A DNA stretch of 64,000 nucleotides. It comes from Octopus vulgaris. Lineage: Eukaryota. Positions 1-13,047 of this stretch are shown here, piece by piece; position 1 is the stretch's first letter, and each line of letters starts with the position of its first letter. Both the position numbers and the translations under genes were made by a program. The notes under the pieces were generated by a model. It ran no database searches and was not told the origin of the DNA. It worked only from the letters and a program-made list of their open reading frames with translations. The stretch lies in assembly GCA_951406725.2 (NCBI GenBank), contig OX597818.1:67270001-67334000 (forward strand), in the 5' to 3' direction.

Positions 1-187
1 GCGAGCAAAGAAGCATCTTTCACAACCATATGGATCGATGTCCCGTGTTACTGCGTGGGACCTTCGGAAAGTGTCTTCTGTTATAGCCTCGGAACGACCA
101 AAGCCCTGTGGATGTGTATTTTAAAGAAATAAATGAAAGAACTCATCGTGTATAAATACACAGAAACACACGAAGATACACACACAC

Positions 188-227
<40 letters not shown>

Positions 228-436
228 CTGTGTGTCTGTATGTTTGTGTGTTAGTATCTGTGTTTGGCCACTCGCAAACCACTTTTGAAACGGTGTTGGT
301 GTGTTTGTGTCCACGTAAATTAGTACTTCTGCGAAGAGAAAAACCATATAATAAATATCAGGGATTTAAAAAAATAAATACTGGGGCCGACTCATTGGAC
401 TGAAAATTCAAGCCGGTGCCCTAGCATGGCCGCAGT
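1..436 (+). mobile_element. tRNA-derived SINE family B (degenerate, 5' end cut by window edge)
   Basis: Matches the 59591-59996 copy (…gtgtcttctgttatagcctcgg…gaccaaagcc…, internal (TA)/(TG) tract, 3' tail ggtgccctagcatggccgcag). Confidence 0.7.
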
Positions 437-811
437 ATAATAAAGTTAGAGATTATATATGTTTTGCGCAAAGCTCTTTGTCAGAAACAGGAAACGGAGG
501 AAAATCCAAGAAAAAGGAAGATATTGATAGATAGATATATTCACATACACACCCACCCACCTATATATGCGCGTGTGTTCCGTGTGTGCGTATATACATA
601 TATAAATAGATTAAGACACATACACAAGCTTACATTCATACATATACACACACACGCATGAATATTTTAAAATAGACTGGGAGATTTTGCATAAGTTTTA
701 ATTTCATGTTAAATGTCTTCCAATAGACTAGAGGAAATGCATTTTGAATATAAATATTGAGTTTAGTAATGCTATAAGTATGATAATTTCATAATCCACC
801 CGCACACACAT

Positions 812-1105
<294 letters not shown>

Positions 1106-1899
1106 CAAAATATCTATTGGCTCTCCTTATCAGTTGATGATTTATATATAGTTCCTTACCTATCTGTCTGTCTATATATATGTGCCTATGTATTATGTAT
1201 GTATGTACGTGTGTGTATCCGTGCGTGTGTGTGTGTGTAAATGTGTTGGTGCGTGCTTGTGTGACTGCGTGTTACTTTACACATACAAAAACGTCCATAG
1301 TCCTGCTGAAGAGAATCCATCATACATACCGAGGTGCATTTGTGTCGTTGTTATTATATTACATTATAAATTTCTTCTATTTTGATCATCATCCTTATTT
1401 TCGAAGAAAACATTTATATGTTTTCCAAGATGGATATTTGATGGTTCTAATCAACTAATCACTCTCATGAATATGTCTACCCTGTTTCCTGAAATTTCTT
1501 CAAAATCTGTGACTATAATTAAGTATCGACGAGTGCTCGTTTGTTGTTCATTGGATAATAATACACACGATGTCTCTTCCTAGCAAACGGTACATAATTT
1601 GGAATCACATCATATCGGCCTGCAGTTTTTATCATGGATCAGGTTGCTTGCTGTACAGTGATGCGTTCTATTTCATTTTCTTTTATTATTAATTTTTTGT
1701 TTCCAGTGATCAAACATGATTACATCATCTATATTTGAAAAGTGTAGATTATGTCCCTACAAGTGTGTATTCTCTGGCCTATCATCCGACTGCTGTGCAA
1801 CTATATACGATGCTTTTATGGAGGCATTCATTTTCTATAGGACATGCTTAATTATGTGTACAGCCACATTTTTCATATCACCATCAATATAGATATATT

Positions 1900-3250
1900 A
1901 CATTAGTATTCTTCTTTCTACACTTTATAGTAACCCATGCACCTCCTCCCTTTCCTCCTACTCATTATTGATATTACTGTTGTTGATATTAACATTGTCC
2001 TCATAACTATTTCTATAAAATTATCTCTTTTCCTTCTTCTTCTTCTTCTTCTTCTTCTTCTTCTTCTTCTTCTTCTTCTTCTTCTTCTTCTTCTTCTTTT
2101 TCTCCTTCTTCTTCTTCTTCTTCTTCTTCTTCTTCTTCTTCTTCTTCTTCTTCTTCTTCTTCTTCTTCTTCGTCTTCTCCTTCTTCCACTTCTTGTTGCT
2201 GTTGTTGTTGTTATTGTTACTATTATTATTATTATCATCGTCACCATCATCATTTTTATTATTATTATGATTATTATTATAATCATCATCATTATTATTA
2301 ATAATAATGATAATATTGCTATTATTATGTCCAATCGGATTATTGTTATCATAACCGATCTCCGTATTGTTATTGCTTTAATAATTCCTGGATCTTATAT
2401 TAATATATTTATTATAGTTTATATCAACATCATTATATCCGTCTTCATTTTCTTGTATGTTCATAATGTAATTAATCCAATTACCATCAGTACTACGATT
2501 TCCATCATTTCTAGTATTCATATATTCATAACGGTAATTAATACCGCTAGCTACGCGTTCTCATTCATAGCCACACTCATCACCATCTACGTGCGCAATT
2601 GTTGCTTTTCCACCACAAATATTTGTATTGTTGTTATTTACGACTCTGTTATTGCCTCCCACTTTAACGTCCCTTTGCTTCGTTCCTTTATTCTTATTAT
2701 TACCAATCTTATCGTAAATATTTGTATTTATTTCATTAAATATCCCATCATTAAGTCTATAAATATAATATCGTCTATTATGCGATGTAGTATATGATAG
2801 ATTCAATTTGTGTCCGTTGGATATGTGGTGACATTTATTTTGGTTTTTGAAAGTATTTAATGAAAGTGATTACAATTGATACCTGGAAACCGAATACTGA
2901 GTTATTCCCCAATATACCCATTCTATCCGACTTATTATTAAGGCAATAGCGAATGCCATAATGATTTAAATATTCACTTAACTGGAATCTCCATTTTGGT
3001 TTAATATTAATTTGCTCAACTCACATTAGTTTTCTCCCTTTTATAATTCCTTATTGCTCGAAGACGATTTATTTTATACCATATTATTAGCATTTGTAAT
3101 AGTCCTTCATATTACACAATATTCATTATTATACGTATTATTAATATGGTTTCATATTGTTATTATTATAATTTGCTACAACACTATTATTAAGAATGTA
3201 TTTTATAATTTCTCTATTTTCTACTCTCGCTAAAGTTACCGTATAATTTG
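1900..3250. repeat. (CTT)n tract (about 2031-2172) within a degenerate (ATT/ATC)n low-complexity region
   Basis: Trinucleotide periodicity visible; explains the poly-L/I and poly-R ORFs. Confidence 0.85.
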
Positions 3251-3810
3251 CGTGCGAAGGAAAAATACTTTCAAGCGATGTGTATCGAGATTAGATACGC
3301 TATACATTCGTGCATTTATAATTAAGCGTGGGTGATTAGAGTTTTTATTACATATCTAAAAATTCCGTTTAATTTGTTATGCGCTTCGCAACGCCCATAT
3401 TCGAGTCTAAGGATACATTTGGGAAATTCGCTGAATAGTATTTAGTTCTATCGAAGCAGAAACTCAAAGCATTATAATTATATATTATTTCACTTCGATA
3501 TCGCCACCAGAGAATTAGAAATTATGGTTCATTATATTATTTTTTTTCGCTTAAGTATGTTATGCAAATGAAATGAGAAGACCATCACGGACAAAGGCTA
3601 AATGCTCCAGAAAATACGTGTTCATTTAGCCAACGGATTTTGTTCATAAACATGTTGTTCCTTTGCAGTACAAGAGAAATAAACGCTATGTAGGTGTAAC
3701 GTAACACATATTGTGCATAGATATTATAACATTGCTGATATAATGATGAAACAGCGGTAGATGTGTGGAATTGCAAACCGCAATCTTCTTAATATTTATA
3801 TAAAATCTTA

Positions 3811-4015
3811 GGCGGCGAGTTGACAAATTTATCAGGGCAGCGGGCAAAATGATTAGCATCAATTCGTCAGCCGTTACGTTCTTATTTCAAACTCCACCGA
3901 GGCTGAATTTGATTTCATACCTTAGAAAGGAGATCGATAAGATAAGTACCAATAGGCACTTCAGTCCATCTAACGAAACTCAGGCATTCGATGAAATTCG
4001 GGGCCTTGAAAGAAA
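3811..4015 (+). mobile_element. tRNA-derived CORE-type SINE family A (degenerate)
   Basis: Starts ggcggcgagttgaca; similar to 41876 and to the reverse complement of 18212-18436. Confidence 0.6.
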
Positions 4016-4479
4016 TGTTTATAAAAAAAACAATAACTACGGATATATCAATAAAAAATAATTATTACAATTTTAGAATCGCTTGATACACGCTGCCCGC
4101 GGTCATGATTAATGGAATTAAATTCACTGCTTAAACGGGAATGGAATTTACATAATTGTGAATGAGCATTTTTGTGTGAGTGTGTGTGCTTCTGTGTTTG
4201 CGTTTGTGTGTGTGTGTTTGTGCATGCGTGCATGTTTGTGAGTGTTGTGTTATAAGTTTCGAGAACGTATTCGACGCGTCGTGTTATATGTAGAACATAC
4301 GAACAGAAGAAAGCTGCACGGAAATTCCGTTGCCATAAAAATATATATCTATGTGAAATAATACGTTGACACGTTTTGCCCTTCTACTAATAAGTACAAG
4401 TAAATTAGTTGTATATTTTAATGGTTTTATTTATCCTTTTACATGTTTTAATTCCGCATTAGTAGGCAAGCACACATAC

Positions 4480-4538
<59 letters not shown>

Positions 4539-4659
4539 CGTGTGCGTGTGTGTGTGTATATATATATATGTATATATGTGTGTATATATATGCATATATA
4601 TATGCGTATATATATGTATATATATATGTATATATATATATATCCCTTTACACTTTCAC

Positions 4660-5770
4660 TTTAAGTGCGACAGCTCAGTCTAATTCACCCTCAGTCGAAA
4701 GACACCTGTTGTTATATTCTTGTTTTTTTTTATTTGTCACCGCGTACCATATTCTCCGTTGTTTGTCTTTGTTGTCGCACACATTCGCTAGGTTTCTTAC
4801 AAAAGACTAATGCTCTTAGCTTAAACTTTTTTTGGGTGGGGGCAACCACATCGAACAGCCTCAAGTGTAACTTCCCGAAACTGTAAGGACATCTAGTAAG
4901 TTGACTGACAAAAGAAAGCAACGAATGACACGCCATTTCGTTCTCTTATTGTTGTTTTTCCTATCCGCCTCTGTATCCTCTATCTGTTTCATTGTCTTCT
5001 TGTCCTCAATTGCATTTTCGTTCCATTTTTTATATTTATATATATACATGTAGCAGCGTGCATACACCTTTTCTCACCTTACAGTGAGTATGGATCTAAA
5101 TTTTGCAAGATTCTTTTACTCTGTCTTTTAGTCCCCTTCATTATTTCTTCCTCCTTTCTTTTTCTCCCTCACCGTTTCTGAAATTTCTTGGGGATCCATA
5201 TCTTTAGCTCCCACATTTCCTCCTCGTTAATCACCCATGTATCTTTTCCTCTGTCCCTTTGAATTTTTTTCTAATCCTTCCATGTCGCGGCCCCCTACAC
5301 CACTCTTCTCCTTCCACGTCGCCGGTGTTCGGCAATCCATGATCTTTCTTGGCCTGACTGCCAACCACCAATACCTCTTACGGCCATCACCTATGTTCCT
5401 GCCTTTAGGGTTTCACTTTATATACGTCAGCGCAATTTCGCTCGTCCTCAACCGAAAGATATGTTGTTTTACTCTTCTTATTTATGATTGTCTACAATGT
5501 TCTCCGTCATTTTTGTCTTTGTTGTCGCACACATTCGCTACCTTTCTTACAAAAAATCTAATGCTTTTTGCGTAGATTTTTGGGGGCCACCAGATCGCAC
5601 ATTCTCAAGTTTAACTGCCCGAAATTCAAAGACATCTGACAATTTAACTCAAGAAAGAAGGCCACGAATGACTCGTCCTGTTCTTGTTTCCTGACCGTCC
5701 AATTCTTGTTCTTCCTGTCCGTATTTGTATCGTCTATCTGTTCAGTTGTCTTATCTTTAGTTTCATACCA
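4660..5770 (+). repeat. two diverged direct copies (~4660-5030 and ~5425-5770) of a ~350-bp unclassified repeat
   Basis: Shared block tttgtctttgttgtcgcacacattcgcta..tttcttacaaaa…taatgct in both copies, with collinear flanks. Confidence 0.75.
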
Positions 5771-6403
5771 CACACGATAATATGCCGAGTAGCCAGTTTA
5801 TTGTGTTGAATTGAAGATAATTTAAGATATAATTTCATATTTTATTTCTCTTAGAATACTACACCCGTGCGTATACATATATACATACATACATGCATAC
5901 ATACGTATATACTCGCACACACACATGATTTAATTTGATATAGTTTCAGCTCATGAGCTGTCACCATGCTGTCACCATCATTTAAAATTAAATAAATTTG
6001 CATCGTCCGGGAGTATATCTATATCTATATCTATATCTATATCTATATATATATTTATTTATTTATTTGTGTATACGCATACACCCACATGTATGTATAT
6101 ATAATAAATGCATACCAAATTGCATAATGAATTATTTCAGGCACACCACTTAGTAACCTTCCTGATGAAGTTCCCGGCAGGAAGAAATTACTGTTTGTCA
6201 GAATATTCATCCATCATGGATTAAACATCATTTTATGCAATTGTGCCTTTTGTATATACTGTACATATACATACGTACATATATACATTCATACATGCAA
6301 TTTATCTATATACACACACACACATATATATATATATGTATACATACATTTACGCACATAATTATGTTCATAGATGTATGTGTGTGTAAGTCTGTGTTTC
6401 TTC

Positions 6404-6452
<49 letters not shown>

Positions 6453-7569
6453 GGTATGTATACTTGTTTGAGGGAGGGGTTTGCGCATGTGTTTGTATAT
6501 GTGTGCGTGTGTGTGCGCTCGCGTGTCTGTATGTTCGTAGGCGTACCTACATTCATTACCTGATTACTGGGCTCCATTGTTTGATGTGTATCTAAATTAG
6601 ATATTCTGAGGCAGGTTTTTTGTTTTAATATACAGTTTATGGCATATAACAAAGCATTAGGCACAATTAAGTGTGAGACAAATAGCCGAATTATGGATAT
6701 CTCACTATATTAGCATGTATTTGAATGCATCATTTCATTTAGAATATATTGCTAAAGTTATCAAAGTGATAATATATTGAAAAACCTATGTCTGACTGCC
6801 AGCAGAACAAAGGGAATACAAATTACGGAGAGGATTTGTGCAAATAGAATGTAAATCGCAAACGGTGTGATTTCAAATAACAAAAACATATTAGTAAAGA
6901 TATTATGCATTAATTACGACTACAGATATTCCCATAATCAGTTGTGCTTCGTGAAAATCCATTAGCTGCTCATTTACTCTGAGAGTGAAATAATATTTTT
7001 AAATGTTGCAATTTTTAGGTGACGCTGATATTTAAATAGTATAGCAATTAAAATGTGATATTTTGTAAAGAATATACGTTCAATTAACGTAGCACTTGAC
7101 TAATAAATACGACCATCTGAAACATTATGTTGCCGTTGTTGGTTTGTGAGAATTTTCATGAGTTTTAAATTCGTTTTCGTCTGGAAAGTTCTAAACAAAT
7201 GTATTCATTCCTAAGTATGGCTGCCTCGCTCTCCTTCTGATACCATTATGTTTCGTTTACACTCTAGACGAACTCAATGCTGTTTCTGAACATATGTCCA
7301 TAATTCATGTTATGCATTCAACTAATCTAACGATTCAGAGTTCTTTAATGGATGCACCATGTGGTAACTTAGATGAGAGCCGTCTACTGTAACCACGGGC
7401 AAATAAAGTCTTTGTCAATGGATACGCTGGACGGAAGCAGAAAAAATGTGTCCTATATATGTATATACCCTGTATATATACATACATATATAATTTTAAA
7501 AAAACACGAATATATATCTATTTGTATGATACATTTATGCGTATATAAACACACACACACATACACACA

Positions 7570-7655
<86 letters not shown>

Positions 7656-7853
7656 CACGCTCACACACATAACATATATAAATATATATATATATTCAGA
7701 TAAGAAAAGAAATAGAGTAACAATTAACAATTAGAAGTTGATCGTTTGTATTAAACTATCATAGTTTAATTGTAATTAAAACAACACTTACATATATATA
7801 TATATGTATATATATATATATTGATCAAAATAAAAACATGATGCGAAGGATTC

Positions 7854-7933
7854 AGCGGTACATATGTTTCGGGCCTTTATTAGACAGATTTATAACAATG
7901 CATAATGTATGTCTGTGGCCTTCTTCAGCCGCT
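7854..7933 (-). ncRNA. type I hammerhead ribozyme motif (inverted arm)
   Basis: AGCGG-CTGAAGA-A-GGCC…GGCC-C-GAAACATATGTA/CCGCT on the minus strand. Confidence 0.7.
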
Positions 7934-8179
7934 CACAACAGCTTCCACAAGGACATGTGTTACATCAAAAATTCTTGGTTGGGGATGCAAATCCTCCCAT
8001 TCTCGTACGACATAATGCGGCAGCAGCATAGAATTGAAGCGTCCATCTCTTGAGAGAAGAAAGATATGGACGCTTCAATTCTATGCTGCTGCCGCATTAT
8101 GTCGTACGAGAATGGGAGGATTTGCATCCCCAACCAAGAATTTTTGATGTAACACATGTCCTTGTGGAAGCTGTTGTGC

Positions 8180-8257
8180 GCGGCTGAAGAAGGCCACAGA
8201 CATACATTATGCATTGTTATAAATCTGTCTAATAAAGGCCCGAAACATATGTACCGC
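8180..8257 (+). ncRNA. type I hammerhead ribozyme motif
   Basis: Stem I GCGG/CCGC; core CTGAAGA 8184-8190; stem II GGCC/GGCC with inner ACAGA/TCTGT; GAAA; palindromic stem III ACATATGT; predicted cleavage after GTA at 8253. Confidence 0.7.
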
Positions 8258-8359
8258 TGAATCCTTCGCATCATGTTTTTATTTTGATCAATTTACTCCA
8301 CCACCTACACCACCAAACGGTATACACAGGTGCTTATAATTATCAAGTACTCACCCCGA

Positions 8360-8406
<47 letters not shown>

Positions 8407-8414
8407 CAGACATA

Positions 8415-8458
<44 letters not shown>

Positions 8459-8461
<3 letters not shown>

Positions 8462-8832
8462 ATATAAACGGCAGTTTGTCTGTGCGTGTTTCTGTGTGTC
8501 TGTTTGCTTGTACCCTCACCCTGACCACGGCTTTCAACCGATTCTGATGAAACTTGACACACAGATAGCCCAATGTCATAATTCAAAACTAACGCAGCGA
8601 AAATTTTGAAAAGTTCCCCCAGTTCTGAAAAAAATCGATAAATTCGACATGGGGTCGAGAATCAGAAACACAAACCGCAAACTGTCTAGGGGACGCAACT
8701 CCACCTTTTTTAACAAAAAAAATTTACCATCATTTTTTTCCATTTTTTTGCTATTTTTTGGCTATAACTCTCTAAAAATGCTTTATAGTTATTTCCCTTA
8801 CAAACCTGAGCAACGCCGGGCGAAACTGCTAG
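8459..8832 (+). mobile_element. non-autonomous Helitron
   Basis: 5' TC, 3' CTAG, subterminal GC-rich hairpin (cctgagcaacgccggg), A|T target, no TSD; 3' part shared with the 16166, 23464 and 28059 copies. Confidence 0.8.
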
Positions 8833-8908
8833 TATATATATATATATATAATTAGTGAATGGAAGAAATGGAGTTGAACGAAGATTGTACAGAATTCCTC
8901 TTATTACA

Positions 8909-8988
8909 TTCTACACATGTTTCAAAGGCCACAATTTTCCAAATTCTGATTAAATAAGGATACCATATTGCAGCTTTCTCTTCAGGAA
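8909..8988 (-). ncRNA. hammerhead ribozyme motif with long stem II (in PLE-like fragment ~8851-9015)
   Basis: TTC-CTGAAGA-GAAAGCTGCAAT…ATTGTGGCCTTT-GAAAC-ATGT-GTA/GAA; stem I only 3 bp; downstream tail also present at 44783-44836. Confidence 0.55.
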
Positions 8989-9029
8989 AAACCAGGAACT
9001 ACGTTGTCAGAACAACATACATATACATG

Positions 9030-9265
9030 TGCGTGAATATGTGGGTGAATCTGTCACGCTACAACACTTCACAACCGATGGTGTTGTGTCTACGTCAACG
9101 TAACTGTGCCGTTCGACAAAATGGATCCGATAGAATATGCAATTGGCTTAAACATAAAGTACATAAAGTAGTTGTATCAATCATTCGATTGAAAATTCAT
9201 CATTTTTGATGCTCCAGCTCGGCCGCTGGTCACAAACTGATGGAAATATGAGACAATAGAACCAA
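9030..9265 (+). mobile_element. SINE family B, 3' half (degenerate)
   Basis: Similar to 59800-59990 (cttcacaaccgatggtgttgtg…, gatgctccagc…). Confidence 0.5.
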
Positions 9266-10036
9266 ACCTATGTATTTCAAAATTACATGTTTTCAACGAT
9301 ATAAACTCCCGCCTCTTAGACGCCTCCATACTTTTAGTCTTTGATCCTCATTAAAGCTTCATTGAATTCACCTGCAATTAGAAAATTGTAGGAAATCCTT
9401 CATTATTTCCAAGAGAACAAAAATAAATATAAAATCTCCTTTGATCTCTTGAAGAAACCTGTGCATGGATGGCGAAATTTTTCCGTGATTTACAGAAGTG
9501 TTTTTGCAAAGATTATTTCATAATGGGTGTATGTTCTTCCACCCACGTCATTCCATTTTCTCCTACTTTATCCCTTCTTTTCCTTCTTTCTTTTCCTCTT
9601 TACCTTTGTTTTCCTTTTCTATTTCTTTCTATTTAGATGTTATAATTTAAAATATGGTTTGCTGTGTTATTCACTGCAGAAAAAAAAAAAGCTTCGAATG
9701 TTTCATATTTCCTAAATGAGCACACTGTCAGAAATTTCTTGGGAGGGAACTGTCGATTTTAGGGACTCCAGTATTTGACTACTACACATCACAAACTCAT
9801 GTACGCATGTACGAACGAATGCATGCGCGTGCACAGGCACACAAATATATACACAGATACACACACACATAACCCACGCAGATACATACATATATGCATA
9901 AGTATGTACATACAAACTTTCGGTTATTATTACATATAAATATATATACGAGAGTTAGATGGAACAAAAACAGTACTCGAATACAGGAGCTAAAGTAGTA
10001 TGCTTTATTAATAAAGTTGCCAAAACAACACCAAAA

Positions 10037-10074
10037 CTGTTACTCAGAGCTTCACGTTCCCGTTCGTCGGATAT
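10037..10074 (-). ncRNA. degenerate minimal hammerhead motif (C4 variant)
   Basis: CCGACGA-ACG-GGAA-CGT-GAAG-CTC-T-GAG-TA/ACAG; A15.1 appears mutated to G and stem I is imperfect. Confidence 0.4.
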
Positions 10075-10104
10075 CAGCATAATAAAGTGTATATATATAT
10101 ATAT

Positions 10105-10218
10105 AAAAGCATATAACGTAAAGACGTTTTCTATTCATGAGCGTTATACTAATACATCTGTTTGTTTTGTACACCACCAGTCTTCGTCTTTTGTTGTTTC
10201 TTTCGTATAGATTCCCTA
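10105..10218 (+). mobile_element. 3' tail fragment of the HHR-bearing family at 35172-35333
   Basis: Reverse complement of 35172-35275 (tatactaataca…cttcgtcttttgt); begins at the HHR 3' end (aacgtaaag); flanked by (TA)n. Confidence 0.7.
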
Positions 10219-10238
10219 TATATATGCATATATTGTTG

Positions 10239-10325
<87 letters not shown>

Positions 10326-10399
10326 GTATATATTACTATTATTATTACTAATTAGTCAGTCGTTGTTGATGATGACGAAGACATCCTATGAGAAAAGAA

Positions 10400-11720
10400 G
10401 GTGAGTCATGGTGTGCCGGTCCGGCCGTGGCCGATCATTCAGTTATATACTTTGAAGTCTCCGTCACAGTTCGGGGACTGATACTATGCTGGCACGGGGA
10501 AGAGTTTTCGCTACCGTTTATTTGTGCCTCTACAACCCAGTAACTTTCGGAGGATGTGGCACCTAAATTGATGCATTTTTGGCAGGCTGGACAGGCTTGT
10601 GATTGCATTCTCGAGGGGTCAAAGTTTATCTCGATGCACTTGAGCGAGGTTTCGAGTGTGTAGTTGTAACGTTCTCTCCCCCTTGCCTGCAAAAGCCTTC
10701 CACCGGTTAGTTGTAAAGCAGTATTTTGGAAAGTAACCTCACAGGCATTCGAAAAAGGTTGCCTGCCCATGCGACTAACCCTCTCCTCGATTTTGTACAT
10801 GCTTTACAGAACCGCCCAAGAAAGCACCTCCGTGACTGGTCCCTCCTCTTGTCAAGTGGTTTTCAGCAGCTTTAGCTGACTTTCCGTGTGGAAGCGGTTT
10901 AGATTAGTGGCGTGACGTTCGAAAAAGTTCAGGTCTCCCAGGCGTACAGTAACATCTTTAGTATAACTGCTTGATATACCTTCGACTTTGGAGTCAACTG
11001 AAAGCCTCTCCACTCACACACTGATTCACATAAACTCTTGAAGATATTGTGATGCTAAAGTCGTTGCATTTCATATGATGGAACATCGTTATTTTTCGGC
11101 GAACCCTGAGAACTGTCGGTTTTGACACTGGATCGCTATATTTCATAACGGCATCCACACGGTGGTCAAATTTACGGCCACATGTTGAAACGTTTCAGCT
11201 TCGAACGCTCAATCCGCGGGGAATGTTCCTTCTCCTTGCGTTTCCGTTGGAGCCTTTGCGACGAAAGCTGACTCTTTTCAATTGTTTACCTTCGAATCTC
11301 GTTCACAGAAGAATCGTATCTGCAGACGCTGACAATATTACAGTCATAGTGTCGGAGTCCTCGAATATAGAAGCGATTGACTCTATATTGACAAAACCCA
11401 AAAATCCGTGCGCATATCTGAGCAACCACCATCTGTGAAAGATTGATGGTCTTTCTACTATGATCTTGTGTAATTAAGTCTCTGTTAACTAGCGGCAATT
11501 CTTCTCAGCTGGTGAAAATGACCAGGTACTGTTTCGGACCATTCTTCTGAGACAATGGACACAACCTGCTGTACACCAAATTGACTCTGTAAATCAGTTC
11601 GATTCCTGGAATGCCGGATAACATATTTAAACTTCTGTATGGTTACCGCACCAGCCAAAATACATTGCAGATTTCCATCCTCGTTTACCTGCCAAAGTTC
11701 AAATGCCACCGACAATTCAA
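10400..11720 (+). pseudogene. Tx1/L1-clade LINE ORF2 relic (endonuclease remnant plus RT)
   Basis: Frameshifted translation AFHMMEHRY…FSFERSIRGECS…LLAFPLEPLRRKL…VSADADNITVIVS resembles KAFDRVDH…RSVRQGCPLS…LEPLLRKL…AYADDITV. Confidence 0.65.
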
Positions 11721-12040
11721 ATCAAGCAGGTGATAGAAAAAGCTTGTGCTATTCGCTTAAAAAAAGAAGGACAATACACCAAAGAAATATATCTTTTAAA
11801 ACATTTCTCATGACATAGACTTTTATTAAACTACACAATCTCGTTCCAATAGCACCAAGTATTTGTACCCTGTGGATTTAGTTACAAAGATATGTTAATC
11901 CAATTCTACTGTAATTTCTCTGAAACGTACAAATTGCAACTCAGCACTAAATCAGCAAAATATGGGCAGAATACACATGATGACATTGAGAATATAAAAT
12001 ATAACACAAAACACTTCTATATTTGAGAGATGAGGAATTA

Positions 12041-12320
12041 TATACATTATTTACATTTGATGGATATTTGTCAAATGTAAATAATTGTATGTTGTTAACA
12101 CAACGCTTCGGCTGGTAGACCCTTCAGTCTTCATCATCTCTCTTGGGGTAATTTCGAACATGGGTTCTCAATCCTAAGGTACTTTTCGATGATAGGAATG
12201 AGAACCCAGGTTCGAAATTTCCTCAAACACCTGATGAAGACTGGAAGGTATATCAGCCGAAACGTTGTGTTAACAACAAACAAGACGAGGACAAATATCC
12301 GTCAAATGTAAATAATGTAA
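12041..12320. mobile_element. PLE-like foldback insertion with diverged inverted arms and nested small inversion
   Basis: 12091-12176 is the reverse complement of 12193-12277; 12043-12060 is inverted against 12072-12089 and against 12302-12319. Confidence 0.75.
12226..12271 (+). ncRNA. minimal type I hammerhead ribozyme motif
   Basis: Stem I AACAC/GTGTT; CTGATGA 12231-12237; extra A; stem II GACTGG/TCAGCC (1 mismatch); GAAAC; palindromic stem III ACGT; cleavage after GTT at 12266. Confidence 0.75.
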
Positions 12321-13047
12321 TTAATGTTAAATATACAAGCGTGCAATTACATTTAACCCTCGTTTGTGATAAGTTCTTTCTGTGCAGGATTAGTTTTGGG
12401 AGTAAATTCTGCACAGAATCAATATCTGTGAAAAACATATTGTTAATATATTAATGATGCCATTGAAACGTACAACGCATGCGTTTCTTTTATATACATT
12501 TCGTCACCGACGAATGACAAATCCTTTGCTCACTGGCCTCAAAAAACAGCTGTTCGCAGTTATATTGTTTTCAGTGAAAGGTTTTGCAAGGTGTAGCCAA
12601 ATTATTTACTGTATTCGTTAAGTTATATCAGAAGCAGTATAGCATTCGATGTAGAGGCCATCGTCTTGCATCGCCTGGATGACCTTGTTCTCTCCGATTA
12701 TCTGTTGTTCACAGCCAAGTTTTCCTTCCTGCGCTAACGACACTTGATAACCCAAGGCATGTCGGAAGCTCTAGTGAAGCTCGAAGGACAAGCACAGGCC
12801 TCAGCGTAGGATAAAAATCTGGCACAAAGATCGCTTCAGACGTTGCAGTACGGTGACCTCTACTTTCAATGCTTCGCTGCTTTTGTTGTAATTTGACGAC
12901 TGAAGCAATTGTTTGACCAATATAGAAGAAAACCCTTGACTCAACACAGTAAAGGCAACACATATCACATTTGCTAATGCACGAAAGAGTTGTCAAAGTA
13001 CAACTACTCAGCTATAGGGAATCCATGTTGTTCTGAATAAAACATAT

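Larger units (their letters stand above)
7820..8361. mobile_element. PLE-like foldback insertion in (TA)n: 227-bp inverted arms 7820-8046 / 8066-8292 plus + strand 3' tail
   Basis: Arms are near-perfect reverse complements (one mismatch seen), 19-bp spacer, (TA)n on both sides, HHR in each arm. Confidence 0.8.

Noticed and set aside
1480-1860. Possible RT remnant (…IDDVIMF…) on the minus strand
   Set aside because: Single weak motif, insufficient support.
1937-2797. 286-aa ORF (and the antisense poly-Arg ORF 1918-2352)
   Set aside because: Translation of (CTT)n/(ATT)n low-complexity sequence; no domain-like content.
6158-6204. CTGATGA-A-GTTCC…GGAA-GAAA…GTC-AGAA
   Set aside because: Suggestive of a decayed HHR, but stems I and III do not pair convincingly.
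7838-8274. Mirror ORFs MMRRIQRYICFG… on both strands
   Set aside because: Consequence of the palindrome; antisense to the HHR strand.
8544-8550. CTGATGA inside a Helitron
   Set aside because: No stem II/GAAA arrangement; chance heptamer.
12520-13020. Possible Tc1-like transposase remnant on the minus strand
   Set aside because: Only a vague HTH-like resemblance; no TIR or DDE motif seen.
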